Source: an uncultured Bacteroidales bacterium
GTDB lineage: Bacteria; Bacteroidota; Bacteroidia; Bacteroidales; UBA932
NCBI GenBank assembly: GCA_900319185.1
Contig: ONNK01000004.1
Span: 1-45,226 of the forward strand
DNA length: 45,226 nucleotides
Reading direction: 5' to 3'
Below the pieces are notes generated by a model, which had not been told where the DNA came from, did not search any database, and saw nothing but the letters and a program-made list of their open reading frames with translations. A program made the translations under genes and the position numbers. Of this stretch, positions 8,284 to 16,514 are shown piece by piece. The first letter of the stretch is position 1, and every line of letters starts with the position of its first letter.

Positions 8284-10268
8284 TAGTTCTCGCTGCGTGT
8301 CTCATTTTGGGGGCTCCCTTCATGTCCTTCGCGCAGGATGTGGAGCTTCAGGACACGCTGCGTGCCGCCATCAAGGTCGATACCCGCAAGGTGGCGAGGA
8401 CGATAGGCGGCCTGAGCACGGACATGAAGGGTATTAGATCGGTCGCTTCGCCGCTAGGAGAGGGCGACCCCATCAAGTGGGTGCAGGGGCTTCCGGGTAT
8501 TACGACGGGCGCCGACGGATCGTCGGCATTCTATGTAAGGGGTGGCAACATGGGCAACAATCTTTTCTCGATAGATGGGGTGCCTGTATATGGTTATTCG
8601 CATTTGCTTGGACTGACAACGATAGTGCCTTCGTCCGTGATGGGAAACGTAACCCTGTCCAAGGGAGGTTTCGAGGGACAGGAGAGCAATTTCACGGCGT
8701 CGCATCTGAAGATCGTCTCGAGGGATCCCGGACGGGACGGGAGCACGAGTGTCGCATTGAACAATTTCCTCGTGAGTGCAAGTCACGAGGGGGCGGTCAA
8801 TGACAAGGTATCATATATGGCTTCCATACGGGTTTCACCCATGGCCCTCGAATACAGGGCGGCAAGGGGATTGCTGCCGGATATCCTCGGAGGGCTGGAT
8901 GATTTCAATGCGGGTGTGGGGGACCTTTACGCTAAGGTGCACGTGGCACTGGACGAAGACAGAACGCTGGACATTTCTGGGATGGGCAGTGTGGATTATT
9001 ATTCGTTCGCTCCGGATGTGGACTCCCATGACACGATGGGATGGAACAATGCCTTCGGGCAGGTGCGATACCGTACCGGAGGCGAGACCAGCCGGGATTT
9101 GTCGTTGTTTGTCAACCATTACGGGAGCCTCCAGAAACAGGATCGGGTATTCCGCGAGGAGGCCAACCATCTGAAGCTCAACTCTGATCTGACGGAGGTG
9201 TCCGCGGCGGCGGACTGGCGGCGCCGCGGCGGGAGCGTGACCCGTTCCTGGGGCACGCGGCTCCGCGGCGCGCTGTTCCGCCCGGGCAGGGTCGCGTCGG
9301 TTCAAAACGACGCCTGGACCCTGCTGGCGGACGCTTATTACCAGGCAGACTACTCCGTCCCAGACCGGCTTGACCTGAAGGGATATCTTCGCGGCAATGC
9401 CTTTTTCAACTTCAAGAACGGCGGCATGGATTTCAATCCTGAGGCCGGAGCCTCTGCCAAGTGGCGCCTCGGGCCTCATTTTGCCGTAGAGGCCAGCGCG
9501 GACCGCCTTGTCCAGTATTATCACACACTCGAGGGCTTGCCCGTAGGCTGGAGCCTTGATATGATAGTCCCTTCAGGCAAGCAGATCAAGCCCGAGAGCG
9601 TTCTTCAAGGCAATCTTGGGACATCCTTCGATTTCGGCCGCCACTCCGTCACCGTCGGCGGCTTCTACAAATGGATGGACGGTCTCGTGTACTACAAGTA
9701 TTCCCAGTCACTTTTCAGCGGCGGCATGGCCGATTGGGAGAACAATGTGGATCAGGGACAAGGACAGTCCTACGGACTTGAGCTGCTGCACGAGTACCAG
9801 GGCGACGAACTCTACGTGCGCACCTCCTACACGTTGTCGCGCACGGACCGTCGAGGCTTCCCTAGCATCTGCGACGGCGGCGTTTTCAACGCCCGCTTCG
9901 ACCGCCGGCACGTACTCAACGCCGTCGCCCAATGGAAGGGCGTGAGCGCTTCATTCACCCTACAGAGCGGCCATTGGGAGAACGGCACCTCACAGAAATA
10001 CGACATGACCGTCCCCGGAGCGGACTGGGTGGCGGACTACTATTCGGGCGTCAACAACTACCACATGCCGATGGTCCTGCGGCTTGACCTCGGATACCAG
10101 TTTACCTTCACCTCCGGCAAACTGGACCATGAGGTCAATATCGGTGTATGCAACGTCACCAACCACTTCAATCCCTTCATGATCTATTACGAAACTAGGA
10201 CAGAGACCTGGAAGCAGCTCGCGTTGCTGCCTGTCCTGCCGAACTTCAGTTGGAGAGTTTATTTTTAG
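8250..10268 (+). CDS. TonB-dependent receptor (partner of DUF4249)
   Basis: Plug motif GEGDPIKWVQGLPG..FYVRGG...N...IDGVPVY; barrel motifs FDRRH and RLDLG; C-terminal Phe. Confidence 0.85.
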   Translation: MEQRPGHNRRLIVLAACLILGAPFMSFAQDVELQDTLRAAIKVDTRKVARTIGGLSTDMKGIRSVASPLGEGDPIKWVQGLPGITTGADGSSAFYVRGGNMGNNLFSIDGVPVYGYSHLLGLTTIVPSSVMGNVTLSKGGFEGQESNFTASHLKIVSRDPGRDGSTSVALNNFLVSASHEGAVNDKVSYMASIRVSPMALEYRAARGLLPDILGGLDDFNAGVGDLYAKVHVALDEDRTLDISGMGSVDYYSFAPDVDSHDTMGWNNAFGQVRYRTGGETSRDLSLFVNHYGSLQKQDRVFREEANHLKLNSDLTEVSAAADWRRRGGSVTRSWGTRLRGALFRPGRVASVQNDAWTLLADAYYQADYSVPDRLDLKGYLRGNAFFNFKNGGMDFNPEAGASAKWRLGPHFAVEASADRLVQYYHTLEGLPVGWSLDMIVPSGKQIKPESVLQGNLGTSFDFGRHSVTVGGFYKWMDGLVYYKYSQSLFSGGMADWENNVDQGQGQSYGLELLHEYQGDELYVRTSYTLSRTDRRGFPSICDGGVFNARFDRRHVLNAVAQWKGVSASFTLQSGHWENGTSQKYDMTVPGADWVADYYSGVNNYHMPMVLRLDLGYQFTFTSGKLDHEVNIGVCNVTNHFNPFMIYYETRTETWKQLALLPVLPNFSWRVYF

Positions 10269-10310
10269 ATTGTTAATCGTTCGTTCGCCTGCCACCTTTG
10301 TTTTGATTCA

Positions 10311-10360
10311 ATTCCGTTCAAGCGCACTTTCGGCATTTTACGGCCGTTTTTGCGGCAGAT
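10311..10360 (+). repeat. Hairpin repeat R1, copy 2 (left half)
   Basis: attccgttcaagcgcactttcggcattttacggccgtttttgcggcagat matches the 5' half of R1. Confidence 0.85.
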
Positions 10361-10417
10361 AGTTTTTTCTTGCGACTGATAGAGTTGTTTTGTAACTTCG
10401 TGGGAAATGAAAAGGGT

Positions 10418-11260
10418 ATGAGTCAAAAAGAGGCTCTCCAACTTTTTGGAGACAAGAAAATACGAACCGTCTGGAGCGAAGAAGAGGAGAAATGGTATTT
10501 CTCTGTCCTTGATGTTATAGAGGTCCTTACAGACAGTAAGGATCCTACGGATTACTTCAAGAAAATGAGGAAACGCGAACCAGAGTTAGCAGAGTACGTG
10601 GGGACAAATTGTCCCCAGGTAGAAATGCTCACTCAAACGGGGAAACGTAGGAAAACTCTAGCTGGAGAGATGGCTGTTATTTTCCGTATTATAGAGTCAA
10701 TCCCGTCTAAGAAAGCGGAACCGTTCAAACAATGGATGGCTCAGGTCGCCAGTGAGCGCATAGATGAGATGCAGGATCCGGAGCTAGCCATAGACAGGGG
10801 ATACGAGTATTATCGCCGCCTGGGGTATTCGGAGGCTTGGATTAATGAGCGCATGAAAGGGAAGGATGTCCGGAAAGCGCTCACGGATGAATGGAAAAGA
10901 ACAGGGGTTTCTGGACAACAGTATGCTACCCTTACCGATATCATTACCCAGGAGTGGTCCGGTATGACTACCCGGCAATATAAGGATTACAAGGGACTGA
11001 AAAAGGAGAACCTCCGGGACCATATGACCAGAACAGAAAGCGCCTTGAACACTCTTGCAGAAGTTGCTGCAACGGAATTGTCTCAAAAGGTTGATCCGCA
11101 AGGCTTCACTGAGCAAAAAACCGTTGCCAAGCGTGGTGGGAAAGTCGCTGCCACTGCCCGACGGGAGTTAGAAAAACAACTTGGACAAAGCGTCATAACC
11201 CGCCAGAATGCCAAGTCTTTATATGGGCATGAAGCGCCCAAAGAGATTGACGAGCAATAG
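10418..11260 (+). CDS. Bro-N domain protein (phage antirepressor-like DNA-binding protein)
   Basis: IRTVWSEEEEKWYFSVLDVIEVLTDS, IPSKKAEPFKQW and KGLKKENLRDHMT motifs. Start at ATG 10418. Confidence 0.85.
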   Translation: MSQKEALQLFGDKKIRTVWSEEEEKWYFSVLDVIEVLTDSKDPTDYFKKMRKREPELAEYVGTNCPQVEMLTQTGKRRKTLAGEMAVIFRIIESIPSKKAEPFKQWMAQVASERIDEMQDPELAIDRGYEYYRRLGYSEAWINERMKGKDVRKALTDEWKRTGVSGQQYATLTDIITQEWSGMTTRQYKDYKGLKKENLRDHMTRTESALNTLAEVAATELSQKVDPQGFTEQKTVAKRGGKVAATARRELEKQLGQSVITRQNAKSLYGHEAPKEIDEQ

Positions 11261-11339
11261 TTTCATCCTACGGAGTTTATAACCTTCATTCCTTTTTGTT
11301 TCCGGGCAGGTTGTGGCTGCACGTCAGGAGCCGCGTGTC

Positions 11340-11382
11340 CCGATTCCGTGCGAGCGCACTTTCGGCATTTCACGGCCGTTTT
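11340..11382 (+). repeat. Hairpin repeat R1, copy 3 (5' fragment)
   Basis: ccgattccgtgcgagcgcactttcggcatttcacggccgtttt is identical to the start of copy 5. Confidence 0.85.
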
Positions 11383-11397
11383 TCCATTTTATTTACG

Positions 11398-11405
11398 TAT
11401 CTTTG
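11398..11405 (+). promoter_or_regulatory. Bacteroidetes -7 element (TATCTTTG) upstream of a non-coding structured region
   Basis: TAnnTTTG with no credible + strand CDS downstream. Confidence 0.45.
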
Positions 11406-11411
11406 CGTCAG

Positions 11412-11680
11412 CAACATAAGTAACAAAACGATATCCTATACGGAATCTTTTTGACGGACATTCTTGAAATCTGGAAAATTTTAGTCTCTGTCCGCTCATT
11501 AGGATTCCCTTATGCCTTAGGCATAGGGGAACCTGTGACGGAGACAGGGCTTTCCAGAGCCTCAAGAACGGCACAGGAATACCCTATGCCTTTTTGTGTC
11601 CGGACGTTTAACGGCCGCACGACAGGAGACTTTAGCAACCTCTTTTTTTTCATTTTGTTTGGTTGTGCGGCCGTTATTAA
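11412..11680 (+). ncRNA. Candidate structured non-coding RNA or leader
   Basis: Long nested hairpin 11461-11568 and a further stem aacggccgcac/gtgcggccgtt; the 3' 145 bp are duplicated at 13596. Confidence 0.4.
11536..11680 (+). repeat. Repeat R2, copy A (~145 bp)
   Basis: Nearly identical to 13596-13741. Confidence 0.9.
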
Positions 11681-11756
11681 TTTATCGGCATTTAATGGAG
11701 AAACCACTCACAAGATAGTCACATTTCTTTCTTAACGAGGATAAATTACTATTGGT

Positions 11757-11792
11757 AAAAAGCGCCGCAACTAAATAGGTCACGGCGCAAAC
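11757..11792 (-). terminator. Intrinsic terminator of Rhs cassette 1
   Basis: Minus strand gcgccgtgac-loop-gttgcggcgc followed by a T run. Confidence 0.6.
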
Positions 11793-11814
11793 AATACTAC
11801 TTTAACGCATTGTG

Positions 11815-12282
11815 TTAATCCAAGACCAAAGCTCTTCCTTGATCTTGACTAGATTTAGATAAAACAATGCAAAGTGCCTCTACCAAAACCTCACGAATAG
11901 CATCATATTTGGTTGTACATTCTCGTATCGAATTCAAAGCCAAGGTAATATCAATATTGTCATTAACCGGATTCAGTATCTCTGTCAAGATTTGCGCAAA
12001 ACCATTAGAGGATAATTCCGAAATAGCACGAATAGAATTCAGAGGTTCATGAGCGAGAAACCAGAACAAAAGCTCGTTGTATTCTTCTCTGGTCTCAACA
12101 TCAGTATTCTCTGTCTTTAAAATGTAAGTAATGACATTTGACACCTTATCCTTGTCTTGACAACAACAATTCTGCTCATTGCAACGACTATTTTCTTGTG
12201 CAAAAAGACAAGAAGGGAAAGACAAAACAAAGAAAGTAAAGACGCTAGAAAGCATTATTCCTAAAATACTCTTTTTCTTCAT
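11815..12282 (-). CDS. Putative immunity protein for Rhs toxin 1, exported
   Basis: Overlaps the toxin 3' end, AT-rich, signal peptide MKKKSILGIMLSSVFTFFVLSFPSCLFA. Confidence 0.65.
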   Translation of the reverse strand: MKKKSILGIMLSSVFTFFVLSFPSCLFAQENSRCNEQNCCCQDKDKVSNVITYILKTENTDVETREEYNELLFWFLAHEPLNSIRAISELSSNGFAQILTEILNPVNDNIDITLALNSIRECTTKYDAIREVLVEALCIVLSKSSQDQGRALVLD

Positions 12283-13360
12283 CACTTCTAATAATTATTA
12301 TCATACCTGAAGAGTTGCCAACAGTTTTTTGAGTATTGGTCCAGTTAAAGTTAGAAAAGAAGGCTTCTGCATCCTCTGGATGTATTGTTATGCATGCTTG
12401 AGAACCTCTACTATTATAGTTTCCTCGATCGCTTGCTCCAGAATGAACGTTAACATTTGTAGCCGTAATGTCATTTCCCTGGGGATCATATGCTGGTACC
12501 GACCGTTTTCCGGACTCATTAATTAGATTCAATCCCTTTTGAGTTCCGCCTTTATGCCCAAACTGGTTGTTATAGTTGTATTCTCCTTCTTTTACGGTAT
12601 TATACATTGTTGTATTGTCAGAATTGGAACGAGAATTAGGATACGAACTGCCGCGATATACCGGGGAAAAAACGCCATTATGAACATAATATATATCTGC
12701 AGAATAAGATGTCCCCGGTCGACCGCTATCCATTGGTCTTACAGGAGAATCAATAACATATACTGTGTCTCTTCCATCCGGATCCACAAAACTCATAGGA
12801 TTCCCGGCACAATAAGCATACGGACTCAAACTGTAGTACTTCTCCGCGAGGGGATCAATGGTCGTGAAGCGGCCGGGAATCGGGTCGAGATAACGGGCGC
12901 CAAAATCGTATTCGCCACTTTCTTCTGACAGTTCTTTTCCGGTGAAACGGTAGCGGCTATCGGAAGCGTTGGTTGAGGAAATTGTGTGCCTTGGATCGAT
13001 CATCAAGCCTCCGTACGGGTAATAATGGTTGACCTGCATGACTGTACCGTCTGAGGCGGTGACTACGCGGACACTACCGAGGTGGTCGGTCAGGTAGAAT
13101 CTATATGCGGGAGCGCTGCCGGTCATGTCCACATAGCCGCCGTCGAACAGGATCTTCTTCAGCGAGCCATTCTCGTAGACCAGGTTACCGATATAATCGC
13201 GAGTGAGTACGGAACTACCGCTCGTTGTCACCTTTTCCTGAAGTTTCGTCCCGTCTGCGCCGTATTTGCGGTCAATCACGATGGTGCTCCCGACGGTTTC
13301 CTGTTGAGGGATATCAAGAAGGTTGTATGTCGTTGTGTGTGTCACGATCGTACTCGTCAT
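12245..13360 (-). CDS. Short Rhs core protein with a C-terminal L,D-transpeptidase-like (Tlde1/DUF2778-like) toxin domain
   Basis: DHLGSVRVV, YRFTGKE, YDFGARY, SPYAYCAGNP..DPDG core; tip contains VHSG..(x)..GSQACITI. ATG at 13360 follows a consensus promoter. Confidence 0.85.
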   Translation of the reverse strand: MTSTIVTHTTTYNLLDIPQQETVGSTIVIDRKYGADGTKLQEKVTTSGSSVLTRDYIGNLVYENGSLKKILFDGGYVDMTGSAPAYRFYLTDHLGSVRVVTASDGTVMQVNHYYPYGGLMIDPRHTISSTNASDSRYRFTGKELSEESGEYDFGARYLDPIPGRFTTIDPLAEKYYSLSPYAYCAGNPMSFVDPDGRDTVYVIDSPVRPMDSGRPGTSYSADIYYVHNGVFSPVYRGSSYPNSRSNSDNTTMYNTVKEGEYNYNNQFGHKGGTQKGLNLINESGKRSVPAYDPQGNDITATNVNVHSGASDRGNYNSRGSQACITIHPEDAEAFFSNFNWTNTQKTVGNSSGMIIIIRSDEEKEYFRNNAF

Positions 13361-13374
13361 AGTAGTATACAGAC

Positions 13375-13406
13375 CAAAGGTACTGATTATCAGAGATATT
13401 ATCAAA
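13375..13406 (-). promoter_or_regulatory. Consensus Bacteroidetes promoter for Rhs cassette 1
   Basis: Minus strand TTTG-N20-TACCTTTG, 14 bp upstream of the ATG at 13360. Confidence 0.7.
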
Positions 13407-13452
13407 TGTCCGGGTGTTATTTAAGTTAGAAGCATGTTGGCTCCGATTCCGT

Positions 13453-13556
13453 TCAAGCGCACTTTCGGCATTTCACGGCCGTTTTCGCGGCAGATGCGAC
13501 ATTACGATCCCGCATCTGCCGCGTTTTCGTGTCTAGGAGGTCGAAAATGCGCTTGA
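13453..13556 (+). repeat. Hairpin repeat R1, copy 4 (full)
   Basis: Near-identical to copies 1 and 5. Confidence 0.9.
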
Positions 13557-13595
13557 TGTGAATCGTGGATTCGATAAGAATGACATCTGATTATT

Positions 13596-13741
13596 TGACG
13601 GAGACAGGGCTTTCCAGAGCCTCAAGAACGGCACAGGAGTACCCTATGCCTTTTTCGTGTCCGGACGTTTAACGGCCGCACGACAGGAGACTTTAGCAAC
13701 CTCTTTTTTTTCATTTTGTTTGGTTGTGCGGCCGTTATTAA
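13596..13741 (+). repeat. Repeat R2, copy B
   Basis: Nearly identical to 11536-11680 but lacks the 5' arm of the long hairpin. Confidence 0.9.
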
Positions 13742-13870
13742 CATTGCGATAGACAGTGTCAAGCCACTTACGAACAAGTTGACACGCAAGAATTATAAGA
13801 CTTGACAAAAGGTATGTTCTCTAATCTAACCCTACTGACGGAAGAAATAGCCGCGAGGTAAGAGGGTTGA

Positions 13871-13905
13871 TAAAAGCGCCGCGGCATATAAGCCGCGGCG
13901 CAAAC
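13871..13905 (-). terminator. Intrinsic terminator of Rhs cassette 2
   Basis: gcgccgcggc-loop-gccgcggcgc stem followed by a T run on the minus strand; related to the 11757 terminator. Confidence 0.7.
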
Positions 13906-13945
13906 TAAAATTCTCTTTTTTAGAGGGTCTTAGTTACCACGAAAT

Positions 13946-14530
13946 CTAATCTCCGAGAACCATTTTTAAGATATCATCTGAACATGCACGTTCTATTATG
14001 GATGTCCAGGCGAAATCATGTTCAGAGATAATCCGTGTAACAATTCTTAGTATTTTAGGATTGTTATAGTTAATCCCATTTAACGTAAGAGGACTTTCTG
14101 GGTATATACCAACAGCAAGAGTATCAATTCTTTTAGGATAGAATAATAGCACTCCAAACCAGCAATCAATCTTTCTTTGTGTTTGAGACATCGGTGCCAT
14201 TTTCTCTAGTGATATCTGGAACTCTAAAAGATTCAATTTATCCTGTATACTAATTAATGATGCTTTTGACTCTTCAAATCTCATGGACTCATTACCAGCT
14301 TCATCAACATAAGTAACCCATTTCCCGTTACAAACATAATCGCTAACATCCCCAGACACAAGTCGGTCTGTTGTCCATGGACAGATATCACCATCATAAT
14401 AAATCTCAACTCTTATCAAAGAATCCGGTTCTTCACTTAACGCCTTTGGGCTTGATTCTCGATTTCTCAAGCATCCTGTCGTTGCTATAAAGAAAACAAC
14501 AAAAGCGCAAAACGGTTTTAATGCATTCAT
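13946..14530 (-). CDS. Lipoprotein, candidate second or orphan immunity protein
   Basis: Lipobox TTGC, AT-rich, co-oriented 26 bp after the first immunity gene. Confidence 0.55.
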   Translation of the reverse strand: MNALKPFCAFVVFFIATTGCLRNRESSPKALSEEPDSLIRVEIYYDGDICPWTTDRLVSGDVSDYVCNGKWVTYVDEAGNESMRFEESKASLISIQDKLNLLEFQISLEKMAPMSQTQRKIDCWFGVLLFYPKRIDTLAVGIYPESPLTLNGINYNNPKILRIVTRIISEHDFAWTSIIERACSDDILKMVLGD

Positions 14531-14556
14531 AACTAACAGATTAAGGACGCGTTGTG

Positions 14557-15054
14557 CTAATCATTAATGTTCCACAACTTGTATTCTTGTATGTCCTTTT
14601 TAATTGTGCCTAAGAATTCAGATTCATACTGACTTTGTTTCATGCATTGTATGTCAATGGCATAATCTTCACTGAGCATATTTCCGTCAACATCAATTAT
14701 AAATCCAAAAACATCTCCGTCTAATTCCAAAGCACATTTCTGATATAGTTCCTTTTCAATATCCTCGGGATCAATTTTCGCAAATTGTACAATGCCTTTC
14801 TCCATAAAAGACAGCATTTGTTTTCTTTTTCCTTTTTGTAACCTGTAAACAATGACCATATCTTCAGTATGTGTCCAAACTGTTGAGAATGAAGCATGCG
14901 TGGAAGATAAATAAAACGCATTTCCGTTTTTTTGATATAAAGATTTCACGAGCCTTTCAGTTAAATCTTGTGTCCTTTTGATTTGCATTACAGAGCATGA
15001 CGCTATGGAAACTAAGACCAAAAGGAATTCAATTATCGAACGAGTACGTCTCAT
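14557..15054 (-). CDS. Putative immunity lipoprotein for Rhs toxin 2
   Basis: ATGA start/stop overlap with the toxin gene; lipobox IASC. Confidence 0.65.
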   Translation of the reverse strand: MRRTRSIIEFLLVLVSIASCSVMQIKRTQDLTERLVKSLYQKNGNAFYLSSTHASFSTVWTHTEDMVIVYRLQKGKRKQMLSFMEKGIVQFAKIDPEDIEKELYQKCALELDGDVFGFIIDVDGNMLSEDYAIDIQCMKQSQYESEFLGTIKKDIQEYKLWNIND

Positions 15055-16283
15055 AATTGTTGCCCTCCCATTCTTAAAAAATCGTTCCATTTAACTGTTT
15101 CTAAAACAGAGTCTTTATCAAAAAACGTTACTGTTCCACTTCTAACACCGATAACAAACGTATTCCCCTTGTAACCTCTATTTGTCATCGTTCTTTGGCC
15201 ACGAAAATCAGCCTCCGAAGGAGTGGAATTACCTAACGAAATTCCGTTTACTTTTGCCTTTGGATGAATATGCCACCACATTTCAACATTGGAAGCATTT
15301 GAGGGCATTATGTTCTTTCCATTTACTATAAACATCTGCAAACTTGCTTTAGCTCCTTGATTGCCATCTTTATCTGTAAATGACATGGCAGCAGGCCCCT
15401 CATCCCAACGCGTTACACTTGTCTCGCCGTAATTAGAATGTCCACCGTTCTCTTTTTGAGATTTTTTGGTGTCTTCATAAGACTGCATAATGCCTTCTAA
15501 TCTTTCCCCCGTGGGAATATGAATTACTTTTTTACTTTCTGATAAATTGCCTGTATAATAGTCATTATTTCTTGTGACTCTTTTCACCTCTCTCGCTACA
15601 GAGCCATTTACTAAATAAGACCTTGATCCGTTTTGTCCGTCATCGCCAATAAGAATAATTTTGCCCCAGAAATTCTTAGCATAAATCGGGTCCATTCCGT
15701 TTTGGTCAATATAATTTATCGGATTCCCTGCGCAATAGGCATACGGACTCAAGTTGTAATACTTCTCAGCAAGCGGATCAAGAGTGATGAAACGTCCTGG
15801 GACGGGGTCAAGGAATCGTGCTCCAAAATCGTACTCGCCGCTCTCCTCAGACAGTTCCTTGCTACTGAAACGGTAGCGGCTGTCGGATGCGGCAGGCGAG
15901 GAGATCGTGTGCCTCGGGTCTGTCATCAGACCTCCATACGGATAGTAATGGTTGACCTGCATGACGGTGCCGTCTGCTGCTGCGACGACTCGGACACTGC
16001 CGAGGTGGTCCGTCAGGAAGAAGCGGTAGGCGGGGGCGCTACCGGTCATGTCCACATAGCCGCCGTCAAATAAGATCTTCTTCAGAGTTCCATTTTCATA
16101 GATCAGACTGCCGACATAATCGCGAGTGAGAACGGAATTGCTGTTCGTCGTCACTTTCTCCTGGAGTTTCATCCCGTCTGCGCCGTATTTCCGATCAATA
16201 ACGACGGAGCTCCCGACCGTCTCCTGTTGAGGGAGGTCAAGGAGGTTGTATGTCGTTGTGTGTGTCACGATCGTATTCGTCAT
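15051..16283 (-). CDS. Short Rhs core protein with a C-terminal JAB/MPN-like toxin domain
   Basis: Rhs core paralogous to 12245-13360 up to DQNG; tip has KENGG, WHIHP and PSEAD (E..HxH..SxxD). Confidence 0.85.
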   Translation of the reverse strand: MTNTIVTHTTTYNLLDLPQQETVGSSVVIDRKYGADGMKLQEKVTTNSNSVLTRDYVGSLIYENGTLKKILFDGGYVDMTGSAPAYRFFLTDHLGSVRVVAAADGTVMQVNHYYPYGGLMTDPRHTISSPAASDSRYRFSSKELSEESGEYDFGARFLDPVPGRFITLDPLAEKYYNLSPYAYCAGNPINYIDQNGMDPIYAKNFWGKIILIGDDGQNGSRSYLVNGSVAREVKRVTRNNDYYTGNLSESKKVIHIPTGERLEGIMQSYEDTKKSQKENGGHSNYGETSVTRWDEGPAAMSFTDKDGNQGAKASLQMFIVNGKNIMPSNASNVEMWWHIHPKAKVNGISLGNSTPSEADFRGQRTMTNRGYKGNTFVIGVRSGTVTFFDKDSVLETVKWNDFLRMGGQQL

Positions 16284-16297
16284 AGTAGTATACAGAC

Positions 16298-16329
16298 CAA
16301 AGGTACTGATTATCAGAGATATTATCAAA
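16298..16329 (-). promoter_or_regulatory. Consensus Bacteroidetes promoter for Rhs cassette 2
   Basis: Minus strand TTTG-N20-TACCTTTG, identical to the cassette 1 promoter. Confidence 0.7.
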
Positions 16330-16376
16330 TGCCAGAGTGTTGTTTACATTTAGAAGTGTGTTGGCTCCGATTCCGT

Positions 16377-16480
16377 GCGAGCGCACTTTCGGCATTTCAC
16401 GGCCGTTTTCGCGGCAGATGCGACATTACGATCCCGCATCTGCCGCGTTTTCGTGTCTAGGAGGCCGAAAATGCGCTTGA
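16377..16480 (+). repeat. Hairpin repeat R1, copy 5 (full)
   Basis: Near-identical to copies 1 and 4. Confidence 0.9.
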
Positions 16481-16514
16481 TGTGAATCGTGGATTCGACA
16501 AGAATGACATCTGA

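Noticed and set aside
11389-11735. Short ORFs over the structured region
   Set aside because: No recognisable motifs, alternative starts, and the region is better explained by base pairing and repeat R2.
13361-13405. TTG start giving a hydrophobic MIISLIISTFGLYTT leader on the Rhs proteins (also 16284-16328)
   Set aside because: That stretch is the consensus promoter itself, and the TTG is part of the -33 TTTG box. The downstream ATG fits better.
7086-16480. R1 repeats as a CRISPR array
   Set aside because: Units are ~104 bp, separated by kilobases of genes, and no cas genes are present.
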